A stretch of DNA of 63,817 nt, filler included, from Reticulomyxa filosa (taxonomy: Eukaryota > Protista > Foraminifera): NCBI GenBank assembly GCA_000512085.1. It is 20 parts of 20 records of this genome, joined end to end, with 100 filler letters (N's around TTAATTAATTAA, not from the genome) between each part and the next. Parts side by side here need not be neighbours in the genome. Positions count along the whole stretch, not along the records: positions 50,128 to 60,694 come from ASPP01021522.1; positions 60,795 to 63,817 come from ASPP01005802.1; 18 more parts are not named here. One strand, given 5' to 3'. Position numbers and translations under genes: made by a program. The notes under the pieces are model-generated. The model ran no database searches. It saw only the letters and a program-made list of their open reading frames with translations, and was not told the origin of the DNA. This document shows positions 51,435 through 63,817 of this stretch, in pieces (the first letter of the stretch is position 1; the number at the start of each line of letters is the position of its first letter).

Positions 51435-54400
51435 GGATGATATTAATGACGAAAACTCCAGGGAGGAAGAAGAGAGACTTCCCTACAGTCAAGAAGAAAA
51501 AAAGAAGAGGAAGAGAAAAAAGTAGAAAGGGGCATCATCTCCAAATCTGCACATGGGAAAGAGAACAAACTAAAACGAATGCACGTTCGCAAACTAGTGG
51601 TAATTCGCACGGCTGAAGAGCGTAGGAAAGTACTTGCCAAGTATCTCAACAAAGACGTCCCTGCGATTGTCGATCAAGTATGGAGTGGCTCGACATTACG
51701 TTTGGAGTTGCTTCCGAATGAGAAGGACGACTACGTTCACGAATTGGTGCCCATCCATTTGGCCGGGTGTACTGCACCACGCTGTCGTCCGCCAGAGTCG
51801 GCGAGCAAAGACGACGTGGCATCAAAGAAGCGAAAGGCAGCATCGACACAGACAAATCACGACACAATGGCGACAGTCAGTGTCAAATGGAGCAATGAAG
51901 CAAAAGAGTTTACCGAGGGACGACTCTTGTCACAACGAGTGATCGTGCGCATCGTGACGGCAGATCAAAAGTCGAATCTGTATGGCATTGTCACTCATCC
52001 AAAAGGACAGATCTCCACGTCTTTGTTGCGCGTGGGATTGGCCGAGTACGAGCCATGGACAGCACGTCTCGTGGCAAGCAAAGATCAAAAGGACATGAAA
52101 GAGGCTGTCCAAATGGCTCAAGAAAAGCGATTGCACATATGGCAGGATAAAACACCCACGCAAAGTCACAATGTGACCACCGACACTTTTATTCCGGTCG
52201 TTGTCACTCAGATTGTCTCTGGAGACACCTTTGTTGTCCAGTTTCCCGATCATCACGAAGAGCGCTTTACCTTTTCTTCCATTCGACAACCGCGATGGAA
52301 AGAAGAGTCGAAGACGATCGCCACCACTAAAAAACACTTGGGAGGGAAGAATGATGACGTCGTCGTCGTCGTCGCTGCTTCTTCCAGACACAGAGACACC
52401 TTTACCAAAACCTCTTCCTCGCATCTCGAACATCCATGGGTGAGACCGGCCAAGGGATTCTTACGAGAAAAGATGCTTGGCAAAAAAGTTGAGTTGCTAT
52501 TTGAATATGAAAAAGAATTGAAACACCAACACCAATACCAGCACCAACATCAACATCAACCCCAATCCGCTGCACCCAAATTTAAAGTCCAAAAATTTGC
52601 CACTGTTTTAATCAGTAAAGAGTTACTAATTGATATTGTCAACTACTCTCTCTGTGTTCATAAACATATATATGTATATACATATATATAATTATATATA
52701 TAATTATATATATAATTTTATATATTTATATGTATATGTAATATGTTTACTCATATATATAATACAATGTCTAACCCCCTTTCTTTTTTTTTTTTTTTTT
52801 GGCAAAACAATTCAAAACTCCAGAAATGTAGCGGTTGGATTAGTGCGCGCAGGTTTGGCTGAAGTTGTTCAACACCGACAAGAGGATCCAAAAAGTATGG
52901 CATACTTGGAACTACAAAGAGCAGAAGAAAAGTTTTGTGTAGTCTTTATATATGTATATGTACATGTGTACGTATACGTGTATGCTGCCAGTTAGATGTA
53001 TTGCTGTACGTGTATGTTGTATGAAAACAATATTGGAGTATGTTTTTTTCCCTCCAAAAAAAAGTAAATAAATAAATAAGTAAAAAAATAGAGCCAAAAA
53101 AGAAAGGAAAGGCATGTACGGTGATCGGCAGCCGCAAGAAATAATGGACTACAGCACCAGCACAAGTGACATATCGCCGAGCGTAGTGATTCAACTACAA
53201 AACTACATGAAGCAACAGCGACGAAGAGCTGTGGTCGAACACGTGTTCAATGGACAACGCATGAAGATCTATGTACCAGAGCAAAATTGTTTTTTATGTT
53301 TGGCTTTGGCACATATTCGATGTGATCCGTTCAACGTGACGACAGCAAAATTGCAGACCAAGTTTGGTCGTGCTGCTTACGAGTATCTTAAGCATCGATC
53401 GTTGCAAAGAAATGTTTGTGTATTTATCTTTTTACTTTAGAGTAATATATACATATATACATACATATATGTACATATCGTGTTTGCTTACAGATAGAGG
53501 TGGAAGTAACAACAATCGCAGATCAAAAAGATCGCAATTGTGTTTGGATGGGTCAAGTTTGGATCGACGACAAGGACTTGGCATTGGAAATGTTAGAAAA
53601 GGGTTTGGTCAAACTTGCTATGCCAACAGGCCCTCGTCGTGCCAACTCCCTTCCAACAACAGTTCCATCTGCATACGTTCAAGCAGAGGCGATGGCAAAG
53701 GAGCAGCAAATTGGACTGTGGGAAGAAATTGCGCGAAAAGAACACGAACGGGATGAACAAAAAAAAAAACACGATATGACCGGAAAAGAGAAAACCGTGG
53801 TGGTTAGTCAAATCGACACCGGAGTCCAATTTTGGGTGAATTCAAACTCATCTGTCAATGAGTTGGAAATGTTGGAGGAAAAAATGTCTCGTATCCCTTC
53901 CGTTCATCCCGGGAAAATTGCTCCTGGAAAAATTGTTGCCGCATTGTATGATGGCTTATACTGCCGTGCAAAAGTGGCAAAACAAGACTCGCGAAATGAG
54001 CGTATGTGGTTTGTCATATTTGTAGATTACGGCAATCGTGCGTCTGTTCCAGAACGCAATATCACATTGCTGCCTCAGGAGTTGTCTTTAGCACAATGGC
54101 CACAGTTGGCCCAACGCTGCCAATTGACTGCACTGCGAGCACCTTCACGCAACACAGAACATTTTTATGTTGCTGGAGAGTATTTTGCTCAATTGGTTTT
54201 GCCGTCTTCTGATCATAATAATACGCCTTTTGTCAAAGAGTTAAAAATCAAAATCCTTTGGGATGACTATGCCAGTCGCAAGTGGCATGTCATTTTGATA
54301 GATGAACGTACAAACACAAATATAAACGAGCAAATGCTTCGAGAAGGGCATGCTCGCTTTGATCACAAAGGAAAGGAAACACCATCTCCATTGTTTACTC

Positions 54401-54522
54401 TTGAGGACGAATATACCAAAAACTACTTGATAACTGCCAAAAAACTATGTGAAGAAGCATTGGCAGCAAGGATTGGCCTTTGGAGGCTAGGTGATGTAAG
54501 TTCTGATGAGGGGGACTATTGA
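50204..54522 (+). CDS. SND1: Tudor staphylococcal nuclease (Tudor-SN / p100)
   Basis: Four SN domains (VRQVVSADT..LEGIRTPRL..PYAFEAREF; VDQVWSGST; VTQIVSGDT; VEHVFNGQR), a Tudor domain (AALYDGLYCRAKV..FVDYGN) and SN5. Inferred introns 50879-50997, 52622-52823, 52932-53091 and 53414-53493. A -1 frameshift lies at about 51500-51522, and the start is uncertain. Confidence 0.93.
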
Positions 54523-56726
54523 ACTAGACCCAATTACATTTTTGTTGTTGTGTGGTGAGAACTTTGTCATACCGCACCTTCGTTAAATGAAGACAAGTTT
54601 TGTCACAATTTGAATTTATTCCATTATGGCAAAAAAGTTTCTTCTTGGCATAAAATTTGCGAATTAAAAAATTCTTGTTTTACTACATCTTCCTTTAATG
54701 AGAAATTTTTTAAATGCAGTTTACGCCTTTCCCCACTGTCTAAAAAAAAACAACTTGCTCTGCCAAAGATGGAGTGCTTTCTTGAGAACTTACGAATTGT
54801 GCCAAAAAACACTTTTAAGTGTTTGCGTTTTACCAGCTTGAAAGGAAAATGAACGCAAGTTAACATTCAAACAAGACAGCAATCTTTTCTTTTGTGTACA
54901 AAGTAAAAGTGAAACAACAAACTGAAAGAAAATAATCCTCTGTAATGCAATCAATTGTTATTTTGCTTTTTGCTTTTTGTTGTTTCTAAGCATTTTTAAC
55001 AAAACCACATACTCCAAAACATACCAAAAATCCACAAGGAATAACTTTTTGCAAAAAAAGAAAATTCCTTTTGGAGATATTACGCATATACACTTTTATT
55101 AAATAATTACTGACAACACTTTTTTGAATCATTTTTTGGAGTGGTGTAAAAGGGGAAAATATAACCAGTCATTTGTGTTTGGCTTGTGATATTTATGTGG
55201 AAGTGAATTTATATCGTACATGACTCGAATGAAATAGCAGCATCTGGCGCCAATAAAATGTGTAAAAAAAGAAAGAATTGAGCAAAAGATAATATGTTGT
55301 TATGAAAGCTCACCAATTATTTTTTTATGTTTTCATTATTTGGTTTTTTCATTTGTTGGATTTTTTATGTATGAAAAAACTACTTTTGTTTAATTTTAAA
55401 TTGCAGTTTGTATTTCTATTCAAACATGGCCACAATCACAAAATCTAACACTGGCCACAAAACAAATAAATAAAAGAATAACTAATTTTCACTTGCTATA
55501 AAAATAATATTTGCCATTCACTTAATTCTTTCCAGTTTAATTCACTGCAATTATTAAACTTAAAAACACAATTGTAAAAGAAATAAGTACTTATATTTTT
55601 CAAATTATTGTTTATTTTCAATTTGTGGGTCATTTTTTATTTTTTTTTGAACCTGTTTTTAAAAATGGTCCAGTTTTATTCAAGAAAACAGAAAATTGTT
55701 TTTTTAATTAAATACTGACAATGTATGCCAGTTATTGCGTTATTTGTATGTTTTATCAAATCAAAATTATATCAAAAAATCAACTAAACCAACAAGTGAC
55801 AAGGGGGAACGTAGTTCCATTTTTTTTATTTTCGTTTTTGTAATGTTTTCTATTTACAACAAACTATAAAGATTTGATCACTTATTGCTAACATATCTGA
55901 AGTTAAGTGATTGTCAATGCGTATCAGAAAGCTAGAATGTGTTTATATCGATTGTTATTTTGTCTTTAAATAACTTTTTTTCAAAGACAATTAAAGTATT
56001 TCAAACAAGTTTGCAATTATTGTTATGAATAATGAATTTGCACATCATTTTTTTATCGCATAGATATAGTAAAATACAATCGTACGTATGCGCATTGAGA
56101 GTACGTTTGGTGTTGCTGTAATCTCATTTATCTAAGAACGTTCATCAGATATGCAAACTGCTAAATGCAAGCAGGAATGCACTGTATGTGCCAGTAAAAA
56201 ATTCACTATGAGAAATTGTAAGTAGTAAATTTGCATTTTGTTGTTTTGATTTATTCTTTTTGACAAGATTAAATTATAAAAATACCCTCAAAAATTACAT
56301 GTCCTTGAGACTATGCATACATTTTTTTCCTATTTATTTTGACTCTTATGAATATTTTTCAAATACCAAAAATACGTTCAATAATTGCCATAAGGTGCTT
56401 TTTCTTCATCATATACTAAACGACGTTAAATTTTGCATTAAGGTTAGTATGTTATAATGTTTTGACGGAAATTGAAAGTAGAGAAAATTTGCAAACTGTT
56501 GTTTAGGAGACAATGCTTACCAGAAAAAGTGAACTTTCCAAACCATCAATCAATTTATTGTATAGAATTTCAAAGGACGTGCCACGGTTAGGTTTTGTAC
56601 TCACAAGAGACAATCTACTTATTTTTTATTTGTTTACTTGCTTGCAATACTTGATTATCCCAAACAGCGTCGAAACAGCACAAAAAAAATCAAACACAAA
56701 AACTACAAAAAAAGAAAACCTATAAA

Positions 56727-57203
56727 ATGGCAAGATGCAATTTAAATCTCATACTTCGTCGTCTACGGCCACATGGTAATTATGCACTGGGTAGACACGG
56801 AACTTTTTCCAACACATTGTCTTACAATGTGCGGCGATTTGCAACCCAGAGCACCCCCAAAACCGAAGAAAAACAAGTACCACCGACGAAAGTGAAAGAA
56901 CATAAGGAAGAAGCAAAAGCAGAAAAAAAAACCATAAGTGTATTTGACGACCAACCACCAATGCCGACATATCAAACGAAGACACCAATGGAATTGATTG
57001 CCGAGGTGCCGCCTGTGGAAGTTGACAATCACTGGGCACAATGTCGAGGAACGTATTTTGAGACGGACATGAGCATACGAAAGCGTGTGGCGCATGTCAA
57101 AGAAGGACACCCACCCTTTTTCTTGCAGTTAAATACCCGAGTCCCCTATACCCCTCAGACCTGCAAATATTGTGGTGTTAGATATGTCATGAAGAAACAC
57201 TGA
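56727..57203 (+). CDS. NDUFS6: Mitochondrial zf-CHCC protein, NDUFS6-like (complex I 13-kDa Zn-finger subunit family)
   Basis: Arg-rich presequence, then PMELIAEVPPVEV...C...GHP...L...CKYCGVRY. Confidence 0.8.
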   Translation: MARCNLNLILRRLRPHGNYALGRHGTFSNTLSYNVRRFATQSTPKTEEKQVPPTKVKEHKEEAKAEKKTISVFDDQPPMPTYQTKTPMELIAEVPPVEVDNHWAQCRGTYFETDMSIRKRVAHVKEGHPPFFLQLNTRVPYTPQTCKYCGVRYVMKKH

Positions 57204-58143
57204 ATTACTTCAAGTCAGACACGTAATCATTTTTTAAAAATATGACGTGAAAAATCAAACAATGAACTTCACATTTGTTTTGCTTTTTCATCTTTGATTC
57301 AGCCATCCTTGTTTTTTTTGTGGGTCAAATACCAAACATTCCGAATCAGCACTATTAAATAATCTTAACTGACAAGCAACATCGTATCCTGACTTGTCAT
57401 TGGTTTGTTTGCTTGAAGAATTTTCAGAAAAAAATTGAAATATTTATCGAGCTTTACGATGCTCGGCGTTTTCTCATCTTTACTTTTTTTCGCAATGACC
57501 AGACAAATTTTTGTATAGTTTTTCAAAAGGATAATTACGATGAAAAAGCTTATTTTCATGCGAAAGATGGAAAAACTCAAAAGAAATCCCATTTTAGAAT
57601 TCACTAAAATAAACACAAAATGATCTCAAAAATTTTTTAAAAAATGAAATTAATGAATATACCTTTTGCATTTTTAATATTTTTTTGAGTTGTCAGAACT
57701 TTACTAAAAAGCAAATTTCATCGATTATTTTAACAAAATGTGCCAGAGTTAGAATAATAAGTGCGTGATATAGAGGTAGCTGTATACCTATTTTGGCAGA
57801 AGCTGTTTTATCATAACAGAAAAGCTTTTGGAATGTTAACAGCAATATAAAAAAATAAACTCCCAAAGTTTTTACTTGATTATTTAATGGATTTTATAGA
57901 CTGCAACCCAAAGTCTGAAATCCATAATCAATGTGGAGTTTATATTTTGAGGAAGTAACCAGACAGACCACGATATAATAATGCCAGGAATTTTATGAAA
58001 AGCCCGCAGTTTTTGTTCCTTTCCCCAATCAACATCAATCATAAATTCAAAAAACCAATTGCACAACACAAACACAAAAGGACTGTTTGGCTACCTACAA
58101 CACAAGGTCGGTCAACAGCATAATTCACGATTGGGCTGGTTTA

Positions 58144-60694
58144 TCATGGAAGAATTTCTAGAACACGGCCAATGACCGTTGTGATTCCTTGATCACGTAA
58201 TGCAAAGCGTCCTAACTTTGGTAGGTCCTTAAAGGGCTATCAAATGAAGTAGATCACAGAGCAAACAAAAAAAGTACTACCACGATATACTGTTCGGAAT
58301 TGCGAGCAAAAAAACAAACAAAAAAAGAAATACAAACAAACCATTATTGGGATAGGTTCCGATTTAATTTCGATATCAATAACAGCAGAATCCTTAGTTC
58401 TCAAAAATGTAGGCGGGTCTCTTGATCTTTTACGATTTTTAGGATGGATTTTATGGGGGATCGCAATGACTTCACACTCAACAGTAATATTGTGCACATG
58501 TAATATTGCACAGTAACCAGCAGTTAAAATACTCTCATTTGGCAACTCGGACAGGTATACTTCAGCTCGAAATTTGCGTGCAGTGAGACAAGGATTTTCT
58601 ATGTCACAAATTACACTGCCATCGATTAAAGTTTCGGCAGTCACTTTGGAACGAGCATCCAAACAAACCAACACGTTTTCTCCGGCAGCTGCCTGCTTGA
58701 CAGGTTTATCATCGACAAATAAATTCGATATTACAGACGTTTGATTGCAAGGTAGAACCATAACGGTATCTCCGACGGTGACAAAGCCGGCTTCAATCTT
58801 AGCAATGGCAGTTAATCCAAAATCGCCTTTGTAACGTTGCAACACAGTGATGGCAAGAGATTTGTCCGTCGTACGTTTGATTCTCTCCATACCGTCCAAC
58901 AGACCCAGAAAACTTTCTCCTTTGTACCAAGGGCACACATCTGGAGGAAGAGGGTCTTTAAAGTTCAAGCCGCTCAAGCTAGAAACAGGCAAGAAGTCCA
59001 TTGCTTTTTCTTTGAACCCAATTTCTTTCAAAAAGTTTGAAATATCTCCTTTTATTAGATCATATCGCTCTTGTTTCCAGTCGCATTGATCCATTTTGTT
59101 TATCACTACTATTACTCGCGCTACGCCCAAGGTAAATGCCAACAGTGAGTGCTAAGAGCAAGCCCAAAGACCAAAGACACACATTTGAGAAATAAATAAA
59201 TGAACTTTGTTTACAAAATAGATCAATTGTCAAATCTTAACTTCTCTGGTCTGTCCACCACGTCGGAATCCAGCCTCAAACTCTCCTGGTCGAGCAGATA
59301 TAATTAAGACGGCAACGTCGGCCAAGGCGGCGCCGGATATCATATTCGGTACGTAGTTGTTGTGTCCAGGAGCGTCGACAAGCGTGAAGCGTTTTTTTTC
59401 GGTTTCAAACTCAACCCTGGCGCAATCAATGGTTTTACCACGGGCCTTTTCTTCATCATCTTGATCTGTCGCGTAGGCGAGCCACCAGCCTTCGCGTCCT
59501 CTTTCCTTGGCTTCTCTTTGCTGTTTTTCAATTGTTCTCTGATCAATTTGTCCGGACAGCAGCCTATAACCCCATTATCCATTATTTGTTGTAAATCCCC
59601 ACATACACGTGACATATTTAACACCATGCAAAAAGATACATTTGAAAAATTGGCGTATATAATTTTGCATAACCCAAATTTCAAAGTACATATACATATA
59701 TGTATTTATTATATGCTTATATACATATATATATATTTTTTTTTAAAAAAAGAAAATCATGTAGGATGGTCATTGTCTTCGTAACAAGATCTGTCCAGCA
59801 GTTGTAGATTTACCGGCATCAACATGTCCGATCAAGACCAATGTAATATGTTCTTTGGTGTTGAGTGGATCGATTTCCAATTTTTTGGTGACATTTTTTT
59901 TTTCAGTTTTTTTTTTGGCCGTGTTTGGGTCAGCTTTGCTTTCCTCGACAGTGGCGTCCTCTTCAGTCGATTTTTCTTCTTTTTTTGCTTCGGTGGGGGC
60001 CGCTTTCGCTTTCGCAGTTCCCTTGTTCGTTGCCTGTTCTTGTGTGGTTTCGACGTTTTCTCCTTTCGTTGCTGGCGCTTGCTGTTGTGCTGCCTTGCCT
60101 TTGGATTGAGTCTTTTTTTTGCTTTCCTCGTTGGCCGTTTGAGCCTTTTCTGTTTCTGTTTTCGCGTTTCCTGTTGTCGTCTGTTCGGGGGCCTTAGCTT
60201 TTGTTTCCTTTTCTTTCTGTGGTTGAGTTGGTTTTGCTGCGATTTTTTGCTCTTGTGCTTGCTCTGCTTTCACATTGGTATTGTCTTGAGTTGTCTTTGT
60301 TTTATTTATTCATTTATTTATTTTTATTTTTGGATTTATGTCGTTTGTTTTTTTTTTTCTTTCTCCCTATCAAATAAAATACTTCCCCTCTTTCTCTTCT
60401 TAAAAAAAAAACACTACGAAATATCGCATTATCAAAAATTCAAATTGATTTTTTTTTTTTTTTAAAAAATGTTCTCAACTTTAGCAGGAGTGTCTGTGTT
60501 TTGTTGATCAGCTGTTGCCTGAGCACCTCCCTTCTTTTTCTTTGATCTTTTTTTTTTTTTTGGCTTTGTTGGACGCTGCAGCGTCGCCTGCACCAGGTTC
60601 TTGGCCTTCGTCACTTTCATCATCAAATGTTTGCGGCTTTTTTGTTGCTGCTTCAGCTTTTTCATTTTTTGTTTTTGTTTTTTTTTTTTTTTTT
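58144..60694 (-). CDS. GSPT1: Eukaryotic peptide chain release factor 3 (eRF3/Sup35/GSPT), 5'-partial
   Basis: Exons ~60680-60480, 60294-59786, 59563-59242, 59151-58342 and 58236-58144. Motifs [44 protein letters not shown] and [10 protein letters not shown], with a charged N/M extension. Confidence 0.92.
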
Positions 60695-60838
60695 NNNNNN
60701 NNNNNNNNNNNNNNNNNNNNNNNNNNNNNNNNNNNNNNTTAATTAATTAANNNNNNNNNNNNNNNNNNNNNNNNNNNNNNNNNNNNNNNNNNNNTTTAAA
60801 AAAAAAAAAAAAAAAAAGAGTTACAAATAAATCAAACG

Positions 60839-61346
60839 TACGGTTTAGCACAGAATACAACGACCGGAACAGTGATGGCAAGTAGCGTTTGAATGTATTT
60901 GTATGTTTGTGGCCCTCCGATCACTCGTCCTCGACATAGGACTTTATTTCGCAATAGAATTTCATCCTGTTTGTATCCTGGACGAAATGCCTCTCGTGTC
61001 GTTGGTGAAAACGATCTCTTGTTGCTTTGTGGCTCGTAATTGCGTTGCAGTTTCACAATCTCTTCTGTCACTTTTTTTCTGCTTCTGATTGCTTACTTGT
61101 TTCGTCGGATGCATCTTCTTCTGATATATCTTCTTCTGCTTCTTCCGTTATTTTGTCCGGGTACGAGTACAATCCCTCGGTAAACGTTGGAAGCTCTGGT
61201 GCACCTACTCGGTTGATTGGAATTGCTCCGCTTGTCACATTCTGGCTTGTTGTGAAATACTTTTTATTCAACAAGAAGGTTTGAGAATCATTGGAGGAGG
61301 CTGATCCTGACTCACGTCGATTATAGTCCCAAGGTGGACTTGCCAT
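60839..61346 (-). CDS. DHHC palmitoyltransferase (Erf2/ZDHHC9-like), first exon, with a -1 frameshift at about 61071
   Basis: RNKVLCRGRVIGGP...IQTLLAITVPVVVF matches the Erf2/ZDHHC9 N-terminal motif (NxFxCxGRxxxGP..TxxLI). The DHHC motif itself lies beyond the contig end. Confidence 0.7.
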
Positions 61347-62284
61347 TAAATAAATTTTTCCCGCTTTTCCAAAAAAATTTTGGCTTTTTTTTGGGAACAT
61401 GCATTAACTCAAAACAATTAATAATATTCTTTGGCTTGCAATTTGACTTACATATTCATTGTTTAATTTGTGTGCATTTCATTTGTGCTCTTGAACATTA
61501 AACCTTTCTTTTCTTCATTTCTTCAAAGTACGTCTATCTTTTGTTTATTCTTTTAATCTATGTTGTGTTTTTAACTAATTCTTCTCTTGGCCATTTTTAT
61601 GTAATAATTCCATTATCTAATGCCTTTGAAAAGTTTTGATTTAATAAACTCTCAATATATTGCCAGTGTGATAGATGCAAATATTTCGCTTTACTTCTGT
61701 CTTATTCACTTTGGCAAGGTTTCCTTTGTACATGTGTTGTTTTCGTATAGGTGACAAAGCGTATGCACACAAAATCTGTGAAAGATAGTCTTTCTTTCGC
61801 CTACTTTGTTTCACCTGTCAGTAAGTATAAAGCTTTATTCTATTCTTCATTCTTAAATAACTACCAATCCATATAACAATACACAACAAAGATATATTAA
61901 AGTGAAACGTCTACTCGTGACAACATAACACTTTCAGCGAAGTATCTTCAAATTATAATGTGAACTTTTCTTCGTTTTTTACAGTAAAAATTGTGATTAA
62001 AGAAAGAACGTCAACTATTATCTGTTAGTTATCATTCAATAAAAATTAGTTTTTGTTTTTGTTGTGTTAAGCAGAGAATGTCCCATTTCCAATTTTTTTC
62101 TTTTTTCGAAGAGAGTGATGAAATTTTCACAAAAACTCTACGCTTTATTGTTTTCTATTTAAAAAATAGGAATGAATAGAAAAGACAGCAAAATGAGTTT
62201 TCATTAATTGACATCATAGGAGATACATAAATCTTTTGAATGAGTTTTTTCCACGCGGCTGATCTGCCACACAACAGAAATTTC

Positions 62285-63077
62285 TCAATGCTTTTCCGCA
62301 GCAATTTCCTCGGGACTAATGGCTTTTTCTGTAGTGTCGGAGGGTAACTCACCATTTTTAAACACGTAGAAATTTGGTGATACATGTTTCCATTCATGCT
62401 TGTTTGGAGTTTCTATTGGCAATGATTAAAAAAAAAAGCTTATTATTATTGTCTTGTTGTAAAAAAAAAAAACCAAGATAAGCAAACTGTTTTCTGTCAA
62501 AATAGGTGTAATTTCGTGTCTGCCTCGAGAAATAATTTTTGAGAAAGTGTCAGAAGTGGGCTTTTTATCAGAAGATTTAATCGGACATCGAATTCCCCAG
62601 CCCAACAAATTCATTAATGTCTCACATACATCATCGCAGTCTCCCAACAAGTGTACATCAAACGCGTTAGGAAACCCTACCACTTGACGATTGATCAATA
62701 CCATGGGAACCTCTTCTTTTATTTCTCTTGGGATATTTGCTACTGGTTGGACTTGCGTTCAAAAAAAAAAACAAAGATAAATAAAGCACATGAGAATGCT
62801 TTTCTTTAACCACTTTTCCACACAAATGTATACAATTATACACAGACATACCTTGCAATGAAGTCCCCAAGATCAAAACTAAATCGCATAAAGCTTTATC
62901 TTTTTCCAAAGTTTGATAATAATCATTGGACAAAGGTTCACTGAAAAAAACAATGTCTGGTTTAAATACGCCTAATAATCAAATTATTTTGTGTTTGCGT
63001 TGTTGTCCATTTTTTTTCATTCATATGTACTGTTGACATTGAAATCACAAATGAAAGGAAGAAAATAGCAAACAAAC

Positions 63078-63108
<31 letters not shown>

Positions 63109-63610
63109 GAACCAAAAGAAGGCAGAGATTTGAACCAGTTGTGAATGCCCTCTTTGCAGTGATTTAAAATCATAGGGTCGTCACAATGGACTTGCAACTC
63201 TCGAAATTTGTCGGATGGTTGATAGGGGAGCCAAGTGTATTGCAGCACATGCCTGTCATATTGTCTCAATACATACACGCCTGTCATCAATTGTGTCTGC
63301 AATAGTTTGGGTACCCTCACCCGAATTTCGTTCAAGACGCCGTCAAACTCCTCTATTATGGCTTTGCTCTCCTCCAGCTTCATTTGCGTTGGATCTCCAT
63401 TATCGCCTGTCGTCTGTTCTTTGTTCTCTTCCTTCTTTTCTTTCTTGCTTTCCTCGTCTTTGTCCTTTGTTATTTCCACTTCCTCATCGAACACCAAGTC
63501 CATCACGTCTTTCGAATCCCTTCGAGTGTGTCCCAACTTTGATTTGTTCGGACAGCAATAAGGGCAATAGGGGATTTCTTTCTTCATTATGTACTGTTCC
63601 AATTCCACTC
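62285..63610 (-). CDS. SIRT1: Class I sirtuin (SIRT1/Sir2-like NAD-dependent deacetylase), 3' exons
   Basis: Exons 63610-63113, 62971-62852, 62751-62488 and 62412-62285. Motifs IPYCPYC, GVFKPDIVFFSE, DLVLILGTSLQVQPVA, PMVLINR, FDVHLLGDCD and a C-terminal WKHVSPNFYVFKNGE. Confidence 0.9.
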
Positions 63611-63817
63611 CTTTGCATATTCAACATTTTTTTTTATTTAGTTAAAATTAAATTTGTTTTTGAAAGCTTGTTATAACATTCATTATGTACAAACGGCCTT
63701 ACTGCTTCCCCTCCCCCCCTTTTTTTTTAATAACGACGTATACAACAAGAAGGGGGAGTACTCTTTTCTTTTCTCTCTCCCTTGCATTTTGTCTTAAACA
63801 ATCAATATTCCTAAAAA

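Noticed and set aside
60545-60565. Frame break in the eRF3 N-terminal exon as autoregulatory recoding
   Set aside because: It falls in a 14-nt homopolymer near a contig end; a length miscall is much more likely.
2006-60750. TTAATTAATTAA recurring 19 times, like a repeat array or CRISPR
   Set aside because: It is always centred in N-runs of fixed length, so it is an artificial six-frame-stop contig linker.
1-63817. Alternative genetic code (stop reassignment) to explain in-frame stops
   Set aside because: Intact genes have long stop-free exons and end in TAA, TAG or TGA. Stops in the relics co-occur with frameshifts, consistent with decay.

Overview
This is AT-rich eukaryotic (protist) DNA, not a prokaryotic locus. 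It is about 20 short contigs joined by an artificial 100-nt linker (N44-TTAATTAATTAA-N44, stops in all six frames), so only adjacencies within a contig are biological. The gene families and intron style resemble a foraminiferan such as Reticulomyxa; this is recognition from memory, not a database result. Recognisable genes, mostly spliced and often cut by contig ends: an ArsB/NhaD-like transporter, an OXR1/NCOA7-like TLDc protein, CAP-Gly and RhoGEF-like fragments, several WD40 genes, a NACHT-type pentapeptide-WD40x16 NLR-like gene, a sterol O-acyltransferase, a Smoothened/Frizzled-like 7TM receptor without a CRD, Tudor-SN, an NDUFS6-like zf-CHCC protein, eRF3, a DHHC palmitoyltransferase and a SIRT1-like sirtuin. 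There are many decayed copies: NACHT-HEAT-ankyrin, CAP-Gly/dynamin, kinesin, a possible Tfb2, WD40 remnants and a LINE fragment. The most interesting signals are four: (1) self-complementary introns with U/GU-rich 5' halves and A/AC-rich 3' halves and no polypyrimidine tract; (2) a Smoothened-like class F receptor; (3) an NLR-like STAND repertoire with hypervariable WD40 surface positions; (4) a conserved 33-34 codon phase-0 exon module placed ahead of two different WD40 families.
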